Assembly (NCBI GenBank): GCA_003555395.1
Contig: PWHU01000077.1
Span: forward strand, 1-51,012
DNA length: 51,012 nucleotides
Reading direction: 5' to 3'
DNA from: Thermoplasmata archaeon
Lineage (GTDB): Archaea; Thermoplasmatota; Thermoplasmata; Halarchaeoplasmatales; Halarchaeoplasmataceae
Position 1 is the first letter of the stretch. The number at the start of each line of letters is the position of its first letter. The notes below the pieces were generated by a model. It worked only from the letters and a program-made list of their open reading frames with translations. It searched no databases and was not told the DNA's origin. A program made the position numbers and the translations under genes. Positions 25,082-33,321 of the stretch are shown piece by piece.

Positions 25082-27297
25082 AAGTCAGCCCTTATATCCT
25101 CCATATTCTTTTTGTACTCTTTAAAATATTCTATGCTTTCCTTTAGGTCCCCGCTCTTTCGAGCGTTGTTGGTCTCCTTTAAAAGTTTTACCGGCCTCGA
25201 TATATCCGCCCCCTGGATCTTAGCTTTTTTAAGCTCGTCTCTAGCCTCTTTTATATCATCTTTAAGAGCGTTCGCCAGCTGCCGGAAAGCTTTATTTTCT
25301 ATCTTTTCGATCAGTCTTTGTAATCCACCTATTTCTCCCTTCTCGCATTTACTTCTCGCTTTTTCAATGAGACCCCGTGCTTCAGGAAAATCGAGCTCGA
25401 GTTTTTCAGCCATACTGATGGTGTCTTCGATCCTAGAAAGTTCTTCTTTGAAGGGCTCTAAATCCTCTTCATCTCGCTCACTTTCTTTTTCTCCCCCTCT
25501 CTTCTTTTTTTCGATCAACTCCCTTATCTTTTTGTAATCTCCATTATCTCTATATTTTTCGATCCTTTCCTTCAGCTCTTGCATACCGTCGATCGAACTC
25601 TCTTCCATCTGGTTTAACTCGTCCTCGATCTTTTTATCAAGCTTTCTTTGGAAGAACTCTTCACAATCTCTCAAAGATTGTATCGCATCCTCATAATCGT
25701 TCTGTTTAGTTTTTTCCACAGCCTCTTTGATGAGTTCTTTTCCCCCTTCGATATCGATACCGAAATTCTTTGATCTCTTCAGAAGTTCTTTAGTCCTAGG
25801 TATTTTCTGCTGTATCTCTTTGAAGAGGTTTTTTCCACCTTTCTTCTCCACCGTTTCTTCTTTTTTCTTTTTTTCGACTTTTTCTTCCTTTTCCCCCAAT
25901 TTCTTTTTGAGATCATCTATGGTACCTTCGACTTTGTCTTCCCCGCCGGAGATATCTCCCCTTTTGAACCTTTCTTTTGCCTCCTCTAGGTCGTCCGAAT
26001 ACTCTTCATATTCCCTCTCTTTCTCCTTGAGCCGTTCTATATGATCTTCCGCTTCTACGATCTTCTTAGATATATCATGTACGGTTTCAGCTGTCCTATT
26101 AGCGTTCATGATGCTGTGAAAACTTTCGATCAGATCGCCGACTTCCATCTCTATAGATGAATTGTCTACGTACTCTTCTATATCTCCTGTGTCTACATCT
26201 ACATTGAGATCGTCTATCTCAGAAAGCTTTTCTTTTACGGATTTTTCTTTCTTTTCTATATATCTCTTCAATTCTTTTCCTTTCTTCATCCCCATGTCTT
26301 CGGCCACTTCTTTTATGTCTTGTTCGACTTCATCCGCCTTTTTTGATGCCACCCTGTATTCCCCAATCTCACATCCTCTCAATATGTCTTCTATCCATTC
26401 TTCGAGATTTGAAGTATCGCTTTTTTGAGAGATCCACTCGATGTAATTTCTACATCTTTCTACTCTTTCACGTATGTCTAATGCAAAGCCTACCCTATCC
26501 TCTGCCCTTTCGACCAGACCGTTAGCTTTTTCTTCGTCTTCATCCTCTAATGCATTTTTTACTTTATTCAAATCTGATTTGATCTCATCCAATACTATAT
26601 TGGAACGCCTCAACCTTCCTATTTTCTCTTCAAGTGAATGGACTCTTTCCTGAAGGTCCGTTTCGCTACTTTCCATCTGCTGCTCGAGGATAGAATCTAA
26701 CTCTTCGAAATCACCGTGTATATCATCCAGTTCCTCTGCCACGCTGCTGATATCTTTTTCAAGTTCTTCTTTCTTTTCATCCACCACTTCTTCTTCGATC
26801 TCTTCATCTTCTTCTTCCTCAAATATCACGCCGCAGCTTGGACATTCGGATGCATCTTCTGAAACTTCACTTTCACATATGGGACATTCAAAGGTGATGA
26901 TCCTCTCTATGTTCTCTTCCGTATCTTCCTCAGTATCTTCGGGTTCCTTTTTCTCCTCTTCTAAATCATCATCAGACAGGCCAAGGTCTTTGAGGTCTTC
27001 TATAAGTTCGTTTTGTATCTCATCATCGTCCTCTTCTTCTTCCTCCTCCTGTATCTCTTCCTGGCCTAGTTCGTCCTCGATCGAATCCAAATCACTAGGT
27101 CCATCTATTTGATCGATACCTTCATCGTCTAAAACCATATCCATAACTTTTTCGATCGATTCTTGAGATATGTCATCCTCTAGATCTATATCTTGATCAA
27201 ACAGACTAAGATCGGCTCCGCAGATGGGGCACTTTTCTTGGTCGTGCGGTATATCAGAATCGCAAACGGGACAAATGGTCTCAGAATCTTCTTCCAA
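25078..27297 (-). CDS. Hyperacidic coiled-coil protein with two N-terminal zinc ribbons
   Basis: 739 aa with a TTG start. The zinc ribbons are CPVC-x11-CPIC and CPIC-x11-CPSC. The rest is E/D/K-rich with heptad-like periodicity and matches no family I recognise. Confidence 0.7.
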   Translation of the reverse strand: MEEDSETICPVCDSDIPHDQEKCPICGADLSLFDQDIDLEDDISQESIEKVMDMVLDDEGIDQIDGPSDLDSIEDELGQEEIQEEEEEEDDDEIQNELIEDLKDLGLSDDDLEEEKKEPEDTEEDTEENIERIITFECPICESEVSEDASECPSCGVIFEEEEDEEIEEEVVDEKKEELEKDISSVAEELDDIHGDFEELDSILEQQMESSETDLQERVHSLEEKIGRLRRSNIVLDEIKSDLNKVKNALEDEDEEKANGLVERAEDRVGFALDIRERVERCRNYIEWISQKSDTSNLEEWIEDILRGCEIGEYRVASKKADEVEQDIKEVAEDMGMKKGKELKRYIEKKEKSVKEKLSEIDDLNVDVDTGDIEEYVDNSSIEMEVGDLIESFHSIMNANRTAETVHDISKKIVEAEDHIERLKEKEREYEEYSDDLEEAKERFKRGDISGGEDKVEGTIDDLKKKLGEKEEKVEKKKKEETVEKKGGKNLFKEIQQKIPRTKELLKRSKNFGIDIEGGKELIKEAVEKTKQNDYEDAIQSLRDCEEFFQRKLDKKIEDELNQMEESSIDGMQELKERIEKYRDNGDYKKIRELIEKKKRGGEKESERDEEDLEPFKEELSRIEDTISMAEKLELDFPEARGLIEKARSKCEKGEIGGLQRLIEKIENKAFRQLANALKDDIKEARDELKKAKIQGADISRPVKLLKETNNARKSGDLKESIEYFKEYKKNMEDIRADL

Positions 27298-27426
27298 GTG
27301 GAAACCACCTCGGGTCTTAGTATTGAAACAAGAAGGGGTAAGATATAAAGATTTTATGTGGATATTCTCAAATCTGTTTTTGTGAAACCAAAACGTTTTA
27401 AACTACCTACAAACCATGCTCATCCG

Positions 27427-28698
27427 ATGACCCTTATAGACAGATGTAAAAAAGAAGTACCGAAAAAGGTTCATAAAGCTGTAGAGGACGAACCCATCCC
27501 GGCCAAAAAGCTGGCAAAAATGATAAAAAAGGGTAGGGCCGTCATCCCAAACAATCCTATCCACGATCCCGACCCTAAACCGATAGGCGAGGGACTTAAA
27601 GTCAAGATAAACGTGAACATCGGTACTTCAAAAGATCTTCATGACGTCGAGAAGGAAATGGAAAAATTGAAAGTGGCTGAGGATTATGGCAGTGACGCAG
27701 TCATGGACCTGAGTACAGGCGGGGATATCGACAAAGTAAGGAGAGACGTGATAGAGAAAACCACTCTTCCTGTAGGGACCGTCCCGATATACCAGTGTGG
27801 ACTTACTAAGGCTAGAGAGTCTTCTATAGTCGAGATGACCTCTGATGAGATATTCAACAGTATCAGGAAGCACGCTGAAGACGGTGTAGACTTCGTCACG
27901 GTCCACTGCGGAGTCACTCAAGACGTCCTTGAAAGTTTGAAAGAGAGCGGGAGGCTCACCGACATAGTGAGCAGAGGAGGATCCTTTTTAGCGGCATGGA
28001 TATTACACAATCAGGAGGAGAATCCTCTCTACGCGGAGTTCGATTATCTATTAGAGATCGCTAGGGAATATGATCTAACTTTGAGTCTTGGCGACGGTCT
28101 GAGGCCCGGCTCCATCGCCGACGCCACCGACAGACCGCAGATACAGGAACTGATAACATTGGGGGAACTGGTAAAAAGATCACGTGAAGAAGGGGTACAG
28201 GCCATGGTGGAAGGACCTGGCCACGTTCCACTTGATCAGGTGGAAACCAACGTAAAGATACAAAAAGAACTCTGTCAAGGAGCACCTTTTTATGTTTTAG
28301 GTCCTCTTGTGACCGATTTCGCCCCGGGATACGATCATATATCGGGCGCTATAGGAGGTGCTCTGGCTGCGTACCATGGTGCTGACTTTTTGTGTTACGT
28401 GACCCCGGCGGAACATCTAGGCCTTCCGGACGTTGAAGACGTTAGGGAAGGTGTAGTAGCTTCCAAAATAGCGGCCCACGCCGCCGATGTGGCTAGAGGT
28501 ATAGATAAAGATATAGACTGGAACATCTCTAAAGCGAGGAAAAACTTGGACTGGAAAAATATGTTCGAAAAGGTGGTTGACCCCGAAAAAGCAAAAAGGC
28601 TGAGAGAAGAAAAGAACATCAAGGATCCAGAAGACGACGCATGCTCCATGTGCGGAGATGTATGCGCTATAAAGATGGTGGATGAATACTTTGGGTAA
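27427..28698 (+). CDS. thiC: Phosphomethylpyrimidine synthase
   Basis: NVNIGTS, DAVMDLSTGG, VPIYQ, VDFVTVHCGV, VSRGGS, LSLGDGLRPG, VEGPGHVP, LGPLVTD and a C-terminal CSMCGDVC cluster motif. ATG 27427 fits the family length; the track's GTG is at 27358. Confidence 0.9.
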   Translation: MTLIDRCKKEVPKKVHKAVEDEPIPAKKLAKMIKKGRAVIPNNPIHDPDPKPIGEGLKVKINVNIGTSKDLHDVEKEMEKLKVAEDYGSDAVMDLSTGGDIDKVRRDVIEKTTLPVGTVPIYQCGLTKARESSIVEMTSDEIFNSIRKHAEDGVDFVTVHCGVTQDVLESLKESGRLTDIVSRGGSFLAAWILHNQEENPLYAEFDYLLEIAREYDLTLSLGDGLRPGSIADATDRPQIQELITLGELVKRSREEGVQAMVEGPGHVPLDQVETNVKIQKELCQGAPFYVLGPLVTDFAPGYDHISGAIGGALAAYHGADFLCYVTPAEHLGLPDVEDVREGVVASKIAAHAADVARGIDKDIDWNISKARKNLDWKNMFEKVVDPEKAKRLREEKNIKDPEDDACSMCGDVCAIKMVDEYFG

Positions 28699-28807
28699 TC
28701 ATAAAATAAGGCTTGTTTCCTTGATTCCTCAACAGGTTTACATCTTCCTGACAGTAGAGGACTGACGTCCCCGCATATTTCGGGAAGAAAAAACTTCCCT
28801 TCAACAT

Positions 28808-28966
28808 GCCGAGGTAGCTAAGTCTGGGCTAAGGCGCCGGCCTTGAGAGCCGCCCAAAGGAAAAAAGTCTGGAAAGGCCTTTTCCTTGCATCGGGAAGAG
28901 ATTCCCGGTGTGTCAAGCAAGCCGGTGGCGCGCTGCGCCTCAGGAGTTCGAATCTCCTCCTCGGCG
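28808..28966 (+). tRNA. tRNA-Ser (anticodon UGA) with a 72-nt intron
   Basis: The acceptor stem is GCCGAGG/CCTCGGC with discriminator G. The T-arm is AGGAG-TTCGAAT-CTCCT and the long variable arm is GGCGC-GCT-GCGCC. The anticodon stem CCGGC/GCCGG forms only after removing 28848..28919, giving loop CTTGAGA. The mature length is 87 nt. A T-run (CTTTTT) follows. Confidence 0.8.
28848..28919 (+). other. tRNA-Ser intron at the canonical 37/38 position
   Basis: 72 nt: AGCCGCCCAAAGGAAAAAAGTCTGGAAAGGCCTTTTCCTTGCATCGGGAAGAGATTCCCGGTGTGTCAAGCA. It has two internal hairpins: CAAAGGAAAA...TTTTCCTTG, and CGGGAA-GAGA-TTCCCG. Confidence 0.7.
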
Positions 28967-29196
28967 CTTTTTACATTTTCTGAGTGATAGCGAAGAAGAT
29001 TTAGAAGCAAGGAAAATCTGTGATTTTGTGGCGTCTTCAAATCTTTTGAATGAAATGAAGAAGTTTGAAGGCGAGAAGAAGCTATGCTTCTTCTATTTCG
29101 AACGTAGTGAGAAAAATTGATAGCTGCTATGATCTTCTGATCACAAAACTTAACAGAACGATATCATGAGATATATATTGTTATGACGTTTGCTTG

Positions 29197-29562
29197 TCAC
29201 CCTAACAAAGCAAGGATCCCTGCATTTATACTGAGAACGCCGATTATCATTTGAACGGGAACGAGTCCCTTGATCAGCTTATCTAGATTTTGTTTGATCT
29301 TGGGCATCGGCGCCCACATCAAGAGACCGAGTGCCGCCGTGACACCGGCTATGATAAGGATTATACTAATCCATATACCTAGGCCCCAGACACCAATACC
29401 TACGCCTATTATCCCTATAGCTCCTTGAAATATACCTATCCGCTCGACCTCTTCATCCAAACTTTGTCCGCCGATCGGGATCAATTCGTACAAGACTAAA
29501 AATGCGGTCAAGAGGGCGAACCCGACTATTATAGCAAAGATACCGGTTATCATGATTAACAC
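29197..29562 (-). CDS. Small glycine-rich membrane protein (about 4 TM helices)
   Basis: The 121-aa ORF is hydrophobic and G/I-rich throughout. It starts at GTG 29562 or ATG 29553. No known motif. Confidence 0.55.
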   Translation of the reverse strand: MLIMITGIFAIIVGFALLTAFLVLYELIPIGGQSLDEEVERIGIFQGAIGIIGVGIGVWGLGIWISIILIIAGVTAALGLLMWAPMPKIKQNLDKLIKGLVPVQMIIGVLSINAGILALLG

Positions 29563-29650
29563 CTAACTCAATATATTCCTTCATATATATAGCCAACGGT
29601 TCAGGTTGGATCTTTTAAACTATTCGGATGTATGACTGCGCGTGAAAACA

Positions 29651-32644
29651 TCACAGATCTCTATCTAGGTTTGCATCACAGGCCCAGCATTTTTCGAATT
29701 CAGGTTCGTTTTCGCTGCCGCAGAAAGGACATTTGATCACACCGTCGTCTGCAGGTGGGGGTATTTCTTCTCTTGAATATTCTCTGTTCCCTGTATCGCG
29801 TCTTCTATCTCTTCTTATATCATTTCCTTTTTGTGGACTTTTTCCTTCGCTTTTACGTCGCCGCCGCTCCGCTACTGCTGCGGGAGAAAGCAGTTTTCCG
29901 TTCTCATCTCGCATCGGTTGATCGTTTCTATCTTGAGCAACTGTTCTTTCCGGGGGAGCTCGTTGATCATTTTGCTGTTGATCCTGTCTCATGGGAGGAG
30001 CTCTTTCCGGGGGAGCTCGTTGATCATTTTGCTGTTGATCCTGTCTCATGGGAGGAGTTCTTTCCGGAGGAGCTCGCTGATCATTTTGCTGTTGATCCTG
30101 TCTCATAGGAGGAGTTCTTTCCGGAGGAGTTCGCTGATCATTTTGCTGTTGATCCTGTCTCATGGGAGGAGCTCTTTCCGGAGGAGTTCGCTGATCATTT
30201 TGCTGTTGATCCTGTCTCATGGGAGGAGCTCTTTCTGGAGGATTTTGCCGTCCGTTTTGCTGCTGATCCTGTCTCATAGACACGTCGTCATACTCTTCAG
30301 TACTTTCAAAAGGATCTGGTGCATCAGGAATTTCTTCTTTATTAGATGGAGCCGCCTCTATATTGGCATAATCCTCGCCGCAGTTGGGACAATAACCTTC
30401 GAATCTCACACAAGCTTCGTGATAAATATTACCACATGAACAGGCGACTAGGTTTTCGGAAGCTATATGTGTACCACACATATCACAGACTTCTTTCCAT
30501 TCTCCCGAATCGCCAGGCTCAGAACCTTCGGAAGTCATAGGCAAGAAACCTCCGTTTTCCATCTCACCTTCAGGAGGCCTTCCGTCTGCAGATTCCCAAT
30601 CGAATCGTTCGTACCTTTCTTCCTGTATTTTTTCTAACTTCTGTTCTTTTCCTTGTTTGATCTTAGATAATCTTGAATCTTTCATAGGGATCAATTCTTC
30701 TTCTTTTTCCCTTTTCTTTTTCCAATAAACGAAAAGTCCTAACAAGACTAGAATCACTGGAGTCGGAGTGAAATACCATGCGTTTATCCCGACGCTGGCC
30801 TCTTCAGTCTCGGTCTCCATCACGTTACCTGCGTTATCGACGGCCTCGACATAATATTCGAAGGAAGAAGAGAATCCGACATGGTCACCGGGTATGGTAG
30901 CTACGTACTCACCACCTTCTTGGCTCATGCGTACGTCTCTCCAACCGTCTCCTGTATCGTAGTAAAGGCGAACGTCGTCAATCCCGCTGTATTGGTCTCT
31001 TAGATCCGCCCTGACGATCATATCATTATTCCAAACCGTATCAGAGTAAGAAATTTCCTGGAGAGTGGGTGTAGCTGTATCGACGTAAAAGGTAACATTT
31101 TTGACCATCTCATTACCGACCAGATCGATGCTTCTCACTTCTAAATATACTTCCCCTCTCTCTTCGCATACGATAGTGTCTTCATAGGATGCGTTTATAT
31201 CGTTTCCAAAAAGTGTCTCCCACTCCTCGTTTTGATCATATCTATAGTCTATCCTTGTCAACCCTGATAGATCGTCTTCACTCGAGATGGTTACCTCCGG
31301 CGAAAAAGAGTACCATTGATGGGTTGTTTCTGGAAGAGTTATATCCAATTCAGGGGCCTCATTATCCACTTTGATCTCTAAAGATTCTATCTGGCTTTCC
31401 AGCCCCTGGTTGTTCTCCGCATAATATTCGATATCGTGAATTCCCGAGTCGAATTCTAATGTTACGGCTTCGGTCTCATGCTCGTTCCACGTTTCGGCTC
31501 CACCTATACGTGTATAAATAGAGTCCACACCAGAGATATCGTCCTCGGCGCTTATGTTCAATTCAACAATATCTGTGTACCAGCCCTGATCGTGCATCGT
31601 TCCCGAAACGATCTCATGAGTCACTTGGGGCGGTTCCTCATCCACTTCATAACTTATGGATATCTCTTCCAATTCAGGCGTGTCTATACCGTCGGTCGCT
31701 TCGAACGTGACCCTATACTGTATATATCTGTATCTGGGACTTGGGACATCCTCCTCATTTTCCGCTTCCTCCCAGTCGCTCCAAGATACTTGATCTGGAG
31801 AAGTCCGGGTCTCTACCGTCAGGTCGGTCGTACCTGTAGGTTCCTCGTATTCCCACGAGATAGTATCCCAGTTCCAGAAGTACTCCCCGGGATCATACAC
31901 GGAAGATTCGAGTACTCCGTTCTCTTCGTGGGTTATTATTTCAGCTTCCATGGTATGTCTTTTCGTTTGACCGACTTCGTTCATCGTTTCAGGTGTGCTG
32001 CCTATGTTCGTTCCTGTTCTGTAATAGTTGTGATCTCCGCCTGTTTTTGCGGCTGAAAGTTCTCCAAATGCATATATGCCGATCCAATCACCCTGGTTTA
32101 TCGGGAGGTCCACATCCCATGTCCTTCTTCCGCCTGGTTGAGGATTATCTATAGCGGTTTCACCCTGAGGGGTGTCTACCCAATAGTCATCACCTCCAGA
32201 CGGTTTAAGAACCATCAGATCGAAGGAACTTACGTTCTCGCCGGTAGCCATGGTGAATTCGTCTATAAATCCGCCTCTTGATGCCTGATATTGAGGGTCG
32301 GCCGATTTGGTGGTGTAACCGCCTTCCCAAGCGGAATCAGGGGTCTCGACCCTCCCTATCTTGTAGCTGTATGTGTCCAGCTTCATAGTTCCTGTATCGT
32401 CTATGATCAAAGTATCGTCTACTTCGCCCTCTTCGAAATCATCACGGGTGGATTGTCTCCATTCTCGTACGTGATCTTGTTGGATGCTCTCGCTAAGCGT
32501 AGAATCGGTATCTATACCCGCGTCATATTCGTACGAACCAAAAGCGATGCCTGAAAGCACGGGTGAAGAACCGATGATCAACCCGAAGATTATCCATATC
32601 GAAACTATCCTCTCGATGCTGATTGAGTCCGTTGTTTCTGGCAT
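29651..32644 (-). CDS. Large single-pass membrane protein: Ig-like ectodomain, cytoplasmic zinc-finger and tandem-repeat tail
   Basis: 997 aa with an N-terminal signal/anchor helix. The ectodomain has three modules with SG[VLI]D...[DN]x(A/V/Q)G[NL] signatures (DDISGVDSIYTRIGG, DDLSGLTRIDYRYD, DQYSGIDDVRLYYDTGDGW...AVDNAGN). A TM helix (PVILVLLGLFVYW, then KKK) follows. The cytoplasmic tail carries a C4HC3 finger, six 19-aa repeats, an R/K-rich stretch and a C-terminal CPFC-x10-CWAC ribbon. Confidence 0.8.
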   Translation of the reverse strand: MPETTDSISIERIVSIWIIFGLIIGSSPVLSGIAFGSYEYDAGIDTDSTLSESIQQDHVREWRQSTRDDFEEGEVDDTLIIDDTGTMKLDTYSYKIGRVETPDSAWEGGYTTKSADPQYQASRGGFIDEFTMATGENVSSFDLMVLKPSGGDDYWVDTPQGETAIDNPQPGGRRTWDVDLPINQGDWIGIYAFGELSAAKTGGDHNYYRTGTNIGSTPETMNEVGQTKRHTMEAEIITHEENGVLESSVYDPGEYFWNWDTISWEYEEPTGTTDLTVETRTSPDQVSWSDWEEAENEEDVPSPRYRYIQYRVTFEATDGIDTPELEEISISYEVDEEPPQVTHEIVSGTMHDQGWYTDIVELNISAEDDISGVDSIYTRIGGAETWNEHETEAVTLEFDSGIHDIEYYAENNQGLESQIESLEIKVDNEAPELDITLPETTHQWYSFSPEVTISSEDDLSGLTRIDYRYDQNEEWETLFGNDINASYEDTIVCEERGEVYLEVRSIDLVGNEMVKNVTFYVDTATPTLQEISYSDTVWNNDMIVRADLRDQYSGIDDVRLYYDTGDGWRDVRMSQEGGEYVATIPGDHVGFSSSFEYYVEAVDNAGNVMETETEEASVGINAWYFTPTPVILVLLGLFVYWKKKREKEEELIPMKDSRLSKIKQGKEQKLEKIQEERYERFDWESADGRPPEGEMENGGFLPMTSEGSEPGDSGEWKEVCDMCGTHIASENLVACSCGNIYHEACVRFEGYCPNCGEDYANIEAAPSNKEEIPDAPDPFESTEEYDDVSMRQDQQQNGRQNPPERAPPMRQDQQQNDQRTPPERAPPMRQDQQQNDQRTPPERTPPMRQDQQQNDQRAPPERTPPMRQDQQQNDQRAPPERAPPMRQDQQQNDQRAPPERTVAQDRNDQPMRDENGKLLSPAAVAERRRRKSEGKSPQKGNDIRRDRRRDTGNREYSREEIPPPADDGVIKCPFCGSENEPEFEKCWACDANLDRDL
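29936..30277. repeat. Six tandem 57-nt repeats, in frame within the 997-aa gene
   Basis: The complement of the Met codon (CAT) recurs at 29990, 30047, 30104, 30161, 30218 and 30275, which is exactly 57 nt apart. The units encode MRQDQQQNDQR(A/T)PPER(A/T)PP and differ at only a few positions. Confidence 0.95.
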
Positions 32645-32726
32645 GATAATAACCTCTAAGGGACCTTTGAACTAAATTATAACATGCTGTGTACTTATAA
32701 CTTTCGAAAAAAACACCAACGTTCAA

Positions 32727-32734
32727 TTTAAATA
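32727..32734 (+). promoter_or_regulatory. Canonical TATA box (TTTAAATA) upstream of the AhpD-like gene
   Basis: It is centred about 27 nt upstream of ATG 32757 with no intervening Shine-Dalgarno motif, which implies a leaderless mRNA. Confidence 0.45.
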
Positions 32735-32756
32735 GCCCGATTTTTTTCTAATACGC

Positions 32757-33314
32757 ATGTCATGGATAGAAGAGATAGGTATGGATGAAGCTGAAGGAGA
32801 TCTAAAGGACATATACGAGGATATAAAAGGCGCGAGAGGAAAACTATCCAACATAATGAAAGTCCAGAGTTTGAATCCTGGTGCTATGGAAGCTCATATG
32901 GAACTTTATCTTTCCGTGATGTTCAAAGATTCAACCCTAAGACGTGAAGAAGGAGAGATGATCGCCGTTATCGTTTCTGCAGCCAACGGCTGCGAGTACT
33001 GCGTCGAACATCATTCTGAAGCTCTAAATCACTACTGGCGTGATGAAGAAAAGGTGTCTGGGCTGTCAGACGATCACACAAGCATAGACCTCAGCGAAAA
33101 GCACCTTGCTATGCTTGATTTCGCTGAAAAACTGACCGAAGCACCTAACACTATCATGGAGGAAGACGTCGAGACCCTCAGAGAGAACGGCTTCAGTGAT
33201 CAGGACGTTCTTAACATCGTACTCGTCACAGGTTACTTCAACTTCGTTAACCGCATAGCGCTTGGACTGGGAGTGGATGTTGATGAAGAAGAAGTCGGGG
33301 GATACGAATATTGA
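32757..33314 (+). CDS. Carboxymuconolactone decarboxylase / AhpD-like peroxidase-related protein
   Basis: 185 aa with the CEYCVEHH (CxxC) motif of the AhpD-like fold, plus YFNFVNRIA. Confidence 0.8.
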   Translation: MSWIEEIGMDEAEGDLKDIYEDIKGARGKLSNIMKVQSLNPGAMEAHMELYLSVMFKDSTLRREEGEMIAVIVSAANGCEYCVEHHSEALNHYWRDEEKVSGLSDDHTSIDLSEKHLAMLDFAEKLTEAPNTIMEEDVETLRENGFSDQDVLNIVLVTGYFNFVNRIALGLGVDVDEEEVGGYEY

Positions 33315-33321
33315 AATGCGG

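Noticed and set aside
27298-27426. TPP riboswitch upstream of thiC.
   Set aside because: I could not find the conserved CUGAGA and ACCUGA core elements or a matching helical layout. The region looks like a simple TATA-containing promoter. An Infernal scan with RF00059 would settle it.
28801-29120. Track ORFs 28801..29040 (minus) and 28908..29120 (plus).
   Set aside because: They overlap the tRNA-Ser gene and its intron, and have no motifs and an atypical composition.
28967-29196. Integrated element or att site downstream of tRNA-Ser.
   Set aside because: There is no direct repeat of the tRNA 3' end beyond the hexamer TTCGAA, and no integrase or other mobile-element gene nearby. A 9-bp hairpin (AGAAGAAGC-TAT-GCTTCTTCT, 29074..29094) more likely marks a transcript end.
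29936-30277. Possible CRISPR array, because of regularly spaced direct repeats.
   Set aside because: The repeats are contiguous with no unique spacers. The period is a multiple of 3 and in frame with a long ORF. No cas genes or leader are present.
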